Below are positions 27,375-40,026 of a DNA stretch of 64,000 nucleotides, piece by piece. The stretch is from assembly GCA_951406725.2 (NCBI GenBank), contig OX597842.1, forward strand, positions 3,162,001 to 3,226,000, given 5' to 3'. The DNA is from Octopus vulgaris (lineage: Eukaryota). The stretch's first letter is position 1. Each line of letters begins with the position of its first letter. A program made the translations under genes and the position numbers. The notes beneath the pieces were generated by a model. The model did no database searches and was not told the origin of the DNA. It worked only from the letters and a program-made list of their open reading frames with translations.

Positions 27375-27636
27375 TGTCCCGTGCTGGTGCCACGCAAAAA
27401 GCACTCATTACGGTGCCACATAAAAGCACCCAATTGTGCCACGTAAAAGCACATGTGCTGTGCCATGCAAAATCCCCCAGCACACTCTGTAGAGTGGTTG
27501 GCGTTAGGAAGGGCATCCATCTGTAGAAACCATGCCAAATCAGACTGGAGTCTGGTGCAGCCTTCCGGCTTGCCAGCTCTGATAAAACCGTCGAAGCCAT
27601 GCCAGCATGGACAACGAGCATTAAATGATGATGATA
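27375..27636 (+). mobile_element. SINE/RTE-tail family F ending in (GAT)n
   Basis: ggtgccacgtaaaagcac repeats, gagtggttggcgttaggaagggcatcca, catgccagcatgga..ttaaatgatgatgat; second copy 55045-55245. Confidence 0.7.
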
Positions 27637-27871
27637 TAAAAACCATTTGATGAATACGATATGAAAATAAGGGCTAGTAAAAGTTTCTTGCTGTGAAGAC
27701 ATGTGGCTATACAGATTTTTATAATGTGCCGTGTGTCACCGAGTAATCTTCTCAGAGCTTCAAGATTGCTTGGTGACACAAGCCATGTTATAAAAACCTG
27801 CTGAAGCAAGTGCCGTCACAACGAGAAGCTATTAGTAGCTCGCAATCATGATATTGTGCAAATTAAATGAT

Positions 27872-28475
27872 AGGGTCCCGGGTTCAGTTCCTTTGCTCAG
27901 CACTTTGAGCAAGTGTTTACTACTATAGACCTGAGTTGGCAAAAACTTTGTGAGTGGGTTTGATGAACAGAAACTGAAAGAATCCCATCACACACACATA
28001 CACATACACATACACACACGTGCACACACGCGCGTACACACTCACACATATATAACTGAAAGAATCCCAGTGTATAAATGTGTGTGTGTATGTGCGTGTG
28101 TGTGTATGTATTTGTGTGTGTGTATTTGTGTCTGTCTTTACGTCCCTATAACTTAGCTGTTCGGCCAAAAATACCGATAGAATAAGTACCAGGCTAAATG
28201 AAAGAAGACAAAGTCCTGGGGTCGATTCATTCGACTTAAAACTCTTCAAGGCAGTGCCCTAGTATGGTCGAAGTCTAATGACTGAAACAAGTGAAAGACA
28301 AGCGATAAAAAATAAACGATATATAGGCGTAGGAGTGGCTCTGTGGTAAGTAACTTGCTTACGAACTACATGGCTCCGGGTTCAGTCCCACAGCGGGGCA
28401 CCTTGGGCAAGTGTCTTCTACTATAGCCTCGTGAGTGGATTTGGTAGACGGAAACTGAAAGAAGCCCGTCGCATA

Positions 28476-28511
<36 letters not shown>

Positions 28512-28770
28512 TGTATGTATGTATGTATGTATGTATGTGTATATGTTTGTGTGTCTGTGTATCCACCCCACCCCCACCAACATCGCTTGACAACTGATGC
28601 TGGTGTGTTTACGCCCCCGTAACTTAGCGGTTCGGCAAAACAGACCGATAGAATAAGTACTAGGCTTACAAAAAATAAGTCCTGGGGTTGATGTGCTCGA
28701 CTAAAGGCGGTGCTCCAGCATGGCCGCAGTAAAATGACTTAAACAAGTAAAAGAGTAAAAGAGTAAAGAG
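27872..28770 (+). mobile_element. Two tandem SINE family A copies (27872-28313, 28325-28770)
   Basis: A-family head, body and tail in both. Confidence 0.85.
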
Positions 28771-28811
28771 ATATCAACACACAGAAAAAGAAATCAAAAT
28801 AAAAATATAAG

Positions 28812-28880
28812 CGTACCTGGACGAGATTCGAACGCGGAACACACGGGACTAAAATCAAATACAAATTATTAAACCACTTA
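28812..28880 (-). other. tRNA-like fragment (pseudogene or SINE head)
   Basis: Minus strand has agtggttta and GTTCGAATC boxes but no intact cloverleaf. Confidence 0.35.
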
Positions 28881-29251
28881 TATAAATCAAAACCGTCCTA
28901 ATTAATCCAGCGCTGTTTTCTGTTTAACGACAAAACGTTTGGATGATGCTCTTTAGCCATCATGAAAATTTCATTTGCGTTGCGTGTATCGCTATTAAAA
29001 GGGGATCTGGAAGATGGGACGAGAGGAGGGAAGGGCTTATGGAGCGATCGCAGGATTTCTTGACGAATACAAACAAAAGATGTTCTCATTAAATGCGGAC
29101 TGACTTAGCTAAGAGTGCAATTAATTATAGATTCGTCCGGATTAATCCCGGCGGTTTGAAAATAATCGGGATTTGAAGGAAATGACCGGCTTAAATCAGA
29201 GGCGTATAGTGTTGTAGAGCAATATGTATGTGTGCATATATATATACATAC

Positions 29252-29286
<35 letters not shown>

Positions 29287-29488
29287 TATGTATGTATATA
29301 TATATATATATATATGCATGCTTGTATGCATATGGAGATGGAGATGCGTGTGTATATATACATAAATATATATATATGTAAATATATATATACATATATA
29401 TATATATGTATATATTTATATATACATACATATATGTATATGTATATATACATATATATATATGTATATATATATACATACATATATG

Positions 29489-29533
<45 letters not shown>

Positions 29534-29696
29534 CTATATATATGTGTATATATATATGTAATATATATATGTGTGTATGTATATATATGTATATATGTAA
29601 ATATATATAGATATATATGTATACATATATATGTATTTAAATGTATGTTTATGTAGGTAGTCTCTCTCTCCCTATACACACACAGACACGCACACG

Positions 29697-29731
<35 letters not shown>

Positions 29732-30180
29732 GGAGACAGAGAGTGAGAGAGAAAGAGAGAGCCTACATAAACATGCACACACATATATACACACATACAT
29801 ACACACACATACATACATATATATATAAGTATATATCTATACATACACATGCACTTCATATATATAAACATATGAATAAACGCACGCATATACTGACAGG
29901 TACGTGTACACACACATACACAGAGTGAGAGACGCATGCGCCCACACGCACAGATACAGGCACACATAGACAGACACACATGGACACACATATAATATTT
30001 ATGTGTCTAGATGTTTGTCTCTGATGGCGTAATTGCGTATACACTCAACGATTCTACGACTGTGTTTATACAAATATATTTTATACATAACCACTTATAT
30101 TAATATATAATGACATACGTGATGGCGCGTGTGTGTATTATATATGTAATGTGTACATATGTATCTCACTCACACACATA

Positions 30181-31036
30181 CAGGGTGCGATGGGTAAGCT
30201 GTCACCATTTTATATCTTTAAGTTCGCGCATGCGCATTGTTTGTTTTCAATTTTGTCGACTACAGAGTATAGTAGGGTCAGTTGGGCACCGTCTGTGAGA
30301 AAAATAGTACCATGACACAATTCACTCTGTCAGATATTTGGAAACGACATGCTGTACTGCTTGGGATTTGCGCCGGAAGCTCCAATACGCACTTTTCAGA
30401 ATGTTCGGGTGTCAATCTGAGGACAGTGCAATCTGAGGGTGATAAAAAGCAAACATCTAGTTAACATCTTGGTGTTTAGAGTGATCACAAGAGATGGCGA
30501 CGTTATGCCTCCATTCATCTTCCCACACGGCCTGAGATTCAACACGGAGGCCTACATCAAATACCTGGAGGAGGTAGTGCTGCCCCAGTTTAAAAGGATG
30601 GCTGCTGGAAGACCCTACGTCTGGCAACAGGACTCTGAACCATGACACACAAGCAGGAGAACCCATTCATGGCTGTCAGGCAATTTATGTGGCCACATCA
30701 CCCCTATCATCTGGCCACCTAACTCCCCAGACTGCGTCCCCTCAATTATTGTGTGGGAGACCAGCAAAACTCCTTGTAACACAAAAGATTAACTGAAGGG
30801 AAGAATTATGGCAGCATTCACCAACTTAAACAAGGAGACCTTCCAGAAGAGTTGCAGGAGATTCCAAAGTCGTCTGGAGGCTGTGGTTGAAGCCAATGGC
30901 GATTTTATTGAATAAATTTACTCTTTACTATTTCAAGACATTTTTATGTAATTTTGGTAAATATATCTGAAAATGAGATGTCAGTGTTATTTTCATTTTT
31001 GCGTAATTTAAACGACAGTTTATTCACCGCACTCTG
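30181..31036 (+). mobile_element. Internally deleted Tc1/mariner, DD37D (maT-like), both TIRs, TA TSD
   Basis: TIRs cagggtgcgatgggtaagctgtc / gacagtttattcaccgcactctg (5 mismatches in 23); GRPYVWQQDS..WPPNSPDC.PL; 37-residue spacing after correcting one frameshift; internal stop. Confidence 0.88.
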
Positions 31037-31059
31037 TATTTATGTATGTATATATGTAT

Positions 31060-31560
31060 GTCAGGTCACTTTTGAGTGCTACTGGTAACATGTAACCCAG
31101 TACAACCTGTTGCATGGTCAGGTCGTCGGCGACTAAACCGGCAACCCCACCAAGCTTGCTTGGTGAAGAGGGTGTTTATTGGACACCCTGTGGGGTGAAA
31201 AACAAAACCCATCAAAGGGCGGAGGAAATCTTAAGAGTCAACGGCCATCCAGTAAATGTCTTAAGGCTGTATCATAGAAATAATCGGACTGAATACCCGA
31301 TCGCGCGGTTAAACCATTGGGAGTGAAGGACTCCTAGCCTTTGTTAGGGCATCCTTCTAGGAGAAGGTAACTCAGGTAACTGGGATAACTCCGACATAAA
31401 GCCTGCGGCTCAGTGGTTACCGATGATGTTGACTCGTTCTTCTTTTCGGATTATGGCTGGTGTTGCTTAGTGAGTGGGATTGACTCAGTGTACAGCCTCT
31501 CCTCACTTCAAAAATATTCTTCTTGCACAGGCATTGCACGATAACGAGGGAGCAGCCACC
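31060..31560 (+). mobile_element. Probable LINE (RTE-like) 5' region
   Basis: GC-richer block with ggcatccttctaggagaaggtaactc resembling RTE 5' UTR motifs (from memory). Confidence 0.35.
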
Positions 31561-31600
31561 ATACATACATATACACACACACACACACATATATATATAT

Positions 31601-31664
<64 letters not shown>

Positions 31665-31715
31665 ACATATATATATATATATAAAGAATAAAATAATTTG
31701 TAGATACACACACAC

Positions 31716-31785
<70 letters not shown>

Positions 31786-31786
<1 letters not shown>

Positions 31787-31960
31787 GTAGAAATTTACAG
31801 AAAAACAAAAGACGAAGACAGGTGTAGGAACAACAAGTAAGTGTATTAGTTTGACGCTCGGGGAAGTGAGAAAGTCTTTTGCTTTTCGAGCCTACACTCT
31901 TCAACAGAAAGGAATAAGAGAAAATAAACAGGGAGAATTAAAAAACCTCGTGGATTTAGC
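31786..31960 (-). mobile_element. Family J repeat with variant hammerhead
   Basis: Minus: cttt-CTGTTGA-A-GAGT(gtag)GCTC-GAAA-agca-aaag. Confidence 0.6.
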
Positions 31961-32154
31961 GGGCAAACATATATATAAAATAAAAGAAGGAAAATGCACA
32001 CACTTTACATAGTTTTGATAAATTTTATATTGTGTTTGTCGACCGGTATCGCTTTCACTAATCATGACATTGATGTGTGTGAAATTTATGAATGAATGAT
32101 TCAACAAGTAGTAAAATTTAAGGGGAGGTAATTGGTGATCGTTGCCTGAAAGCA

Positions 32155-32545
32155 ATACTCGGGACCTTCGCCTTCAAGATCTCAGAACAACAGTAACTGA
32201 AAGACAATATCCACCCTCACTAATAGACGATGCAATTGAATGTGCTAAGAAATTCGACATTAAATCACTAAGGGCCACAAAACATAACACCACACCTCAT
32301 CTCAAAAAACTATTGTATATATCAACTCACAACCCTAGAAACAATGAGGTATGTACAAAATGCTCGCTAGAGATCCAAAATAAACGATATTCGGAAAACA
32401 TAAATTCATCAAATGCAAAAATCAACTCAAATCGCGAAAAAGACTTCCAACAAACGCGAATCTTTACACAAGAACCACGAAACCAACGGTTAAAAAATGT
32501 GGACGCCCAAACTATGGAACCTGCCCCAACCTACTGGAAGGTCGG
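32155..32545 (+). pseudogene. Penelope-like element fragment (RT thumb to Cys linker before GIY-YIG)
   Basis: LQDLRTTVTERQYPPSLIDDAI..LLYISTHNPRN; after a frameshift VKKCGRPNYGTCPNL. Confidence 0.7.
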
Positions 32546-33097
32546 GGCATGTTTCCTTCCCAGCCAGATGGCGCTTCGTTCACTTGTGCAAAGGCTCGTA
32601 TCTTCTACCATAGCCTTGCGCCAACAAAAGCTTTGTGAGTGGATTTTGTTGATACAAACTGAAAGTAGCCCATCATATAAGAGTTTGTGTGAATATGTAT
32701 AGAATAATATATCAGTTGGATAGTCTGGTTTTAAAATCTGATGATTACTACGAACGTATGAAAGTGTTAATTGAACTTTATGAACATTACAAAATATTTC
32801 AGCAATGTTAAAATACCACAATAAAAAACATGAAAACCAGACCATGTTTCAACCTTATTCAACTGAAATATATATATACATATATATACATACACACACG
32901 ACGGACTTCTTAAGAGAAGACACAGGGAGTGGAAGAGTTATTGAAGAGGTCACATGTGTGTGATGAAAGATTTCCAGACAATGAACATAAGATAAAATAA
33001 GAACAATAATAATAATCGAGTGACGAACGAGCATATAGTGCGTGTGTTTATATGGCAAGAAGAAAGCCAGGACCATCCAAAAATATAACTCTGTGAG

Positions 33098-33169
<72 letters not shown>

Positions 33170-33458
33170 TTTGAGTTTGTTCTCCACTACCATTTGACAA
33201 TGGTGTCGGTTTGTTTACGACCAAGTAATCTAGCGGTTCGGCAAAACCTGGCTGACAGAATCATTACCAGACATTTAGAAAAGAAGTACTGGAGTCGATT
33301 TGGACAATTAAACTCAACAGGGCGGAGCTTCAGCATGGCCGCAGTTTGATGACAGAAACAAGTAAAAAATATAAGATGTAAGATATAACATACACACACG
33401 CGCACAGATATACATACATACGCATCTATCCCTGTCTGCCTCTCTCTCTCTCTCTCTC

Positions 33459-33495
<37 letters not shown>

Positions 33496-33496
<1 letters not shown>

Positions 33497-33883
33497 CTTC
33501 TATTCTACTTCTTTCAGTAAGTTTTGATTGCAGCCATGCCGGAGCACCGCCTTTAGTCGAACAAATCGACCCCAGGACTTATTCTTTGTAAGCCTAGTAC
33601 TTATTCTATCGGTCTCTTTTGCCGAACCGCTAAGACACGGGGACGTAAACATACCAACATCGGTTGTCAAGCGATGATGGCGGGGGAGAAATACAGACAG
33701 ACAGATACGTACATATATATAGGATGGGTTTCTTTTAGTTTCTGTCTACCAAATCCATTCACAATATTTTGGCCGGCCCGGACTATAGTAGAAGATACTT
33801 GCTCAAGGTTCCACACCTTGGTCTGAACCCGGAAACATACGGCTGGGAAGCAAGTTTCTCACCACACAGCCACACCTGCGCCT
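33496..33883 (-). mobile_element. SINE family A
   Basis: Reverse complement of A consensus. Confidence 0.88.
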
Positions 33884-35030
33884 ATATATATATATATATA
33901 TATATATATAACATGTATTGCGTGTGTCTGTGTATTAATATAACTAACTTAAAGCCACCATGCATACATATCAAATATACACACATCTACACTCACAAGA
34001 TTATGCTTTCATTCACAGCGCGTGGAGAAACCATCAACAAAACGAAATTCATAATTACACCGAATATATACACAAACATGTATGTATAAGCTCATGCAAC
34101 ACATGCCATCATAGAAACAGCTAAAAGCAAAAGAAAAAAAAGAAGTAAAACCGAACAAACACGCATTTACCACCATCACATCGATAAATACCCAAGTCTT
34201 AATCACACAAGTACAAGAATATCGCTTACGACTCAGTCAAAATGTCGACATTCGACATATTAGAAAAATAAAAATGAAAAAACGGATTCACAACAACCCA
34301 AGCATTTTGCCATACCAATAACATTTAAGGGAAAGAAAAAAAGCACAAAAATGTCACTAATGACGGCTAATGCCTTCAACATAATCCTCTTGGTATTAAA
34401 ATACTGCCGTGCTGTTTCTTTCCCCGTTGCTTCTAATCACCTGAACATATAAAGACTTAAGCCGAAGCATCTTAATATGGCCGCTGTCTTTCTCTTGCCA
34501 CCGACATGGCTAACGTTTATCGATCACGTGACAAGAGTTATCGTCTGCTTTCTTTTACAGATTACTGTGTGTGAATAAATACATTTATTTTGCTTGTTTT
34601 AGATATTGATGTTGATATTGTTTGTTACTGTTGTCGTTGTTGGTTTTATTCCGCTGGTTCATTGCGGGATGTAGTTGTTATTGCCATGACTGCTGTTTTT
34701 TCACCGTTGTTGTTAAGCTCCATGTCAGCTCCTATTGCGCCTAGCTACTACCAAGGTCACCCGCCCTCTAACACTACACACCTTGTCTTATTTTTCCATA
34801 TATATATATATAATCTTTTATCTTTTACTTGTTTCAATCATTAGATTGTGGCCATGCTAGAGTACCACATTGAAAATTTTTTATTGGAACAAATCGACCC
34901 CAGGACAAAATTTTGTTAAGTCCGTCCAGTAACTTATTCTATCGGTCACTTTTTCAAACCACTAAGTTACGAAGACGTTGTCAAGCGGTGGTAGGAGAAC
35001 AGACACAGACACAAAATCTCATATATATAT

Positions 35031-35335
35031 TTTTTTTTTCTCTAGTTTCAGCTCAGAGCTGCGGCCATGCTTCACTGTTATTCCTGAGAGCCTCCTCCAA
35101 TATGTGGCACTTTGTGAAGAATGGAGTTTGATGTAGCTATCCTCATTTGCGCCTCTTGCCGTGAGGTAGGTTCATCTGCGACTCTCGACAGGAAGATGTC
35201 CAGCTTTGATTTAAAAACACCTACATCTACTTTGTGCAGGTTCCTCAGGCCTATATATATATATAAGAGGTGAGGATCGAAATCCTTCATAGGGATGTCA
35301 AACAGCCAAGTACACCTATATATTTTCCCTTTCCT
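35031..35335 (-). pseudogene. CR1-like LINE 3' end (ORF2 C-terminus, short 3' UTR, A-rich tail)
   Basis: LRNLHKVDVGVFKSKLDIFLSRVADEP..ATSNSIL; stop at 35078; UTR gcatggccgcagctctgagctgaaactag. Confidence 0.7.
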
Positions 35336-35352
35336 TATACTTTGTATGTATG

Positions 35353-35453
<101 letters not shown>

Positions 35454-35463
35454 ATGTACATAT

Positions 35464-35693
35464 ACTCTTTTACTCTTTTACTATTTTACGTGTTTCAGTC
35501 ATTTGACTGCGGCCATGCTGGAGCACCGCCTTTAGTCGATCAAATCGACCCCGGGACTTATTCTTTGTAAGCCCAGTACTTATTCTATCGGTCTCTTTTG
35601 CCGAACCGCGAAGTGACGGGGACGTAAACACACCAGCATCGGTTGTCAAGCAATGCTAGGGGGACAAACACAGACAAAAAAACCCACACACAT

Positions 35694-35736
<43 letters not shown>

Positions 35737-35904
35737 TACGACAGGCTTCTTTCAGTTTCCGTCTACCAAATCCACTCACAAGGCATTATTTGGCCCGGGG
35801 CTATAGCAGAAGACACTTGCCCAAGATGCCACACAGTGGGACTGAACCCGAAACCTGGAACCATGTGGTTGGTTAGCAAGCTACTTACCACACAGCCACT
35901 CCTA
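35464..35904 (-). mobile_element. SINE family A, full length
   Basis: Reverse complement of A consensus. Confidence 0.9.
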
Positions 35905-36364
35905 TATATATATAGTATGTGTATATACATATCTATATATATGTGGGTTGTATATACATATATATATGTGTGTATATATGTATGTATATACAGCAGCGTC
36001 ACACAGCCAGTTAACCATGGCGGTATTTGGGTGTAGGCACGTGTTTAATATAAAACGGACGATTTAGCAAAGAAGTATATCTCTGGAACACAAGACACCA
36101 TTTAAACATCAAAAGAATTTACAAGACAACAGCAACATCATCATCATCATCAACAACAACAACAACAACAGAAACAACTAATGGCCCTAATTATAAGGCC
36201 GTTAGTAGTACTAATAATAACAGCAACCATACTAACACAAACAATAACCATGGAAATGGGAATGATACCGATGCGGAGATAAAAGCTGTAAAGTGGCATA
36301 GAAAAAGAATTTAGTAAATTCATAATATACTACTGATAATAAGGACCAAAATATACAACAATAA

Positions 36365-36387
36365 TATTAATAATAATGGTGATGATG

Positions 36388-36457
<70 letters not shown>

Positions 36458-36477
36458 TGATGATGATGATGATGATG

Positions 36478-36531
<54 letters not shown>

Positions 36532-36569
36532 GTGATGATAATAATAATAAAAATAATACTAACAATGAC

Positions 36570-36635
<66 letters not shown>

Positions 36636-36654
36636 AATACTAATGATGATAATG

Positions 36655-36686
<32 letters not shown>

Positions 36687-36768
36687 AATAATATTAATAA
36701 TAATAATAATAATAATAATGATGATGATGATGATGATAATAATAATATTAAAAATGATAATGATGATG

Positions 36769-36802
<34 letters not shown>

Positions 36803-36819
36803 TGATGATGATGATGATG

Positions 36820-36851
<32 letters not shown>

Positions 36852-36858
36852 GATGATG

Positions 36859-36950
<92 letters not shown>
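36365..36950. repeat. (TAA)n/(TGA)n compound array
   Basis: Direct reading. Confidence 0.95.
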
Positions 36951-36952
<2 letters not shown>

Positions 36953-37348
36953 CGACAGAGTAATTGGAGTAATAGAGGCTAGAGGGCCTGGTTTAATTGT
37001 AGTAGATAAAGAGAGTAGCGCGCCAGATAATTGACTTTACAGTTCCAAATTATGAAAAAATCAATTTGATAGGTATAGAAAAAATAGCAAAGTACCTGGC
37101 CCTAGCCATTGAATTACAGAGAATATGGAAAGTGCGAGTAGTTATTGGTGCATTAGGAACTATATCTAAAGATTTGAACAGATGGATAGAGGAAATAGGC
37201 ATAAAACTCAGTTTAGTACAGTTCCAGATAACAGTGTTATTAGGGGTAGCCAAGTAACATAGAAGTGTTTTTGGTATATAAGGTTACTTGTTATAGCCCG
37301 ATGTTAGGATTTTTTCTCTTCTGACAGTCTAATCTGTTGCGCGTATAG

Positions 37349-37350
<2 letters not shown>
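36951..37350 (+). pseudogene. R4/Dong-type RLE 3' fragment (family X), degraded
   Basis: EARGPGLIVVDKE..IIDFTVP..EKIAKYLALAIELQRIWKVRVVIGALGTISK. Confidence 0.8.
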
Positions 37351-37420
<70 letters not shown>

Positions 37421-37430
37421 TAATAATAAT

Positions 37431-37749
37431 GAGAAACTTTCAAAATATAAAGACCTGGAAATAGAGGTAACCAGAATGTGGAATCTAAAAACAGAAACAA
37501 TTTCTATCATAATAGGTGCATTAGGCATGATAAAAAAATATTCAGACAAATACATAATAAAAACACCAGGACTAACAAACACATATAAAATACAGAAAAT
37601 TGCACTACTAGGCACTGCACACATCCTACGCAGAATACTTTCCATACAATAACCATCAGAGCATCACAACAAATCACAGCACATACCTAAGGCACACAGA
37701 GCTGCGCTCGGTAGTGAAGTGAAAGCATGCTATAAAAAATACACTACTA
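37431..37749 (+). pseudogene. R4/Dong-type 3' fragment (family Y), 5'-truncated
   Basis: EKLSKYKDLEIEVTRMWNLK..; near-identical to 37932-38250. Confidence 0.88.
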
Positions 37750-37806
<57 letters not shown>

Positions 37807-37828
37807 CATAATAATAATAATAATAATA

Positions 37829-38250
37829 GGCCAACAGACCAGATATAGTTGTCAGAGATCATGAAGGAAAAAAATGCTTTCTAATTGATGTATCAATACC
37901 GGCAGATGACAACGTGTCTCTAAAAGAAATGGAGAAACTCTCAAAATACAAAGACCTGGAAATAGAGGTAACCAGAATGTGGAATCTAAAAACAGAAACA
38001 ATTCCTATCATAGTATGTGCATTAGGCATGATAAAAAAATATTCAGACAAATACATAACAAAAACACCAGGACTTACAAACACATATAACATACAGAAAA
38101 TTGCACTACTACGCACTGCACACATCCTACGCAGAATACTTTCCATGCAATAACCATCAGAGCATCACAACAAATCACAGCACATATCTAAGGCACACAG
38201 AGCTGCGTTCGGTAGTGAAGTGAAAGCACGTTATAAAAATAAAACTACTG
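37829..38250 (+). mobile_element. R4/Dong-type 3' fragment (family Y) with open RLE domain
   Basis: Open frame 37830-38153: ANRPDIVVRDHEGKKCFLIDVSIPADDNVSLKEMEKLSKYKDL..AHILRRILSMQ*; PD..D..K motif; TAA on both sides. Confidence 0.9.
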
Positions 38251-38945
38251 AAAATTAATAATAATAATAATAATAATACCAGACAGTGGCTCTCGTGGCT
38301 TCTGATCTTAACTGATTGGAAGTGTTATCATGTACATTGTTTTGTCTTGGTATAAAAGATGGGCTGCAGCAAATATTCTGCTCAATACTACAGATTTGCT
38401 TGTCAGTTGTTTGACTTTAACCAGCTGAACATGTTCCCTAGTGGCTGACTATATGTGCATCTCTGATCAGGAGCAGAAGTAGTGGGGTAGCATCATAGGT
38501 AAATTAAAAATTGATAACTACAAACCGATGTATTATCCACTAACATGTAATAAATGTCCCTAATTCAAAGTTTAAAATATGGTAATATCAAACGAAAATA
38601 AAAATAAAAAGAAAAAAACAATTGTTTTGTTTGCAAAGTAGCCTTCTACAAGTAAAAGAGTAGAACCGAGAAAGAGAAAGAGTAGTATCAGTGAAGGGAG
38701 AGGTGAGAAGAATAGTAATACAGTGAAGGAGAGGTAGAGAGAGTTATAGCCATCACTGAAAGAGAGAAAGTATGAACCGTTTGAGAAAGAAAAACGTGCA
38801 GTGTATCTTCAATTCTCAACTTAAGAATGAGAAAGGGGCAAATAAAGTAAAAACCGTCATTCAAGTCTGTGTGCGTATATGTGTGTGTGAGTGTGTACGC
38901 GTGTGAGTGTGTATGTGTATATATACATATGTATATGTATATGTG

Positions 38946-39205
38946 TGTAGGCACATGGCCTAGTGGTTAGAGCAGCGAACTCGCGGTCGAGGGATCGCGG
39001 GTTCGAATCTCAGACCGGGTGATGTGTGTGTTTATGAGCGAAACACCTACGCCCCACGCGGCTCCGGCAGAAGGTAATGGCGAACTTCTGCTGACTCTTT
39101 TGCCACAACTTTCTCTCACTCTTTCCTCCTGCATCTTGCAGCTCACCTGCGACGTACCGGCGTCCCGTCCAGGTGGGGAACCTATACGCCAAAGAGATGG
39201 CTCGA
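38946..39205 (+). mobile_element. SINE family C head with an alternative tail
   Basis: tggcctagtggttagagcagcg..ggttcgaatctc; tail cctgcgacgtaccggcgtcccgtccagg. Confidence 0.8.
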
Positions 39206-40026
39206 GAAGGAACAAACAATATCCAGCCTGTTATGCTTACAGTTGATAGATGTTTTGATGGGAATACTCCACCAGTATTCCCTGTGCTGATACTTGTGTA
39301 CGTATTCAATAAAAATGTGTGTGGGGGGGTCTCTGCATTCATTCCAGGACAGTCTTTATTCCGATTGGAATTGTATATTGGTTTTGCGACAATGTCAAAT
39401 CGCATAGAGATGTAGTACTTTGATGACATTTTCGGGCAGCTGCAAATCCCATCTGTGATATCTTCCACACAAATACTATATAATGTATGTATGTATGTAT
39501 GTATGTATGTATGTATTATGTATGTATGTATGCATGTATGTTTGTATGTATGTATGTATTTATGTATGTATGTGTGTATGTTTGTATGTATGTATGTTTG
39601 TATGTATGTATGTATGTATGTATGCATGCATGTATGCATGTATGTATGTATGTATGCATGCATGTATGTATGTATGTATGTATGTATGTATGTATGTATG
39701 TATGTATGTATTTAGCATGTACCTATGTATATGTGCAGATTTGTATATTCTTACGCATGTGGTTGCATACCTAATCATACTCATATATACTTAAATGACA
39801 AATTTCTGGAAAGTTTTGCAGATCTTTACAGTTCCAGTTACAAATCTTTACAGTTCCAATGTATTGGATCTGTATTCTTCGAATTAGATTTCTTCTTTCT
39901 GATTTTGAGAAACCTAATTTCTCAAGATTGGTATTCAGGCAGTGTGTCACACATCCCAGGGCCCCAATAATTACAGGTATAAACCTGAACTTGTAATCTA
40001 GATAGAATAACTGCAGATTTCTCAAT
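39206..40026 (-). pseudogene. RLE non-LTR retrotransposon fragments in (TACA)n
   Basis: 39206-39478: EDIT..CSCPKMSSKYYISMRFDIVAK, EYWWSIPIKT..KHNRLDIV; 39712-40026: LRNLQLFYLDYKFRFIPVIIGALG..GTVKIC plus UTR, flanked by TACA repeats. Confidence 0.8.

Noticed and set aside
38946-39020. Possible tRNA gene
   Set aside because: A and B boxes run directly into the SINE C body shared with other copies; it is a SINE head
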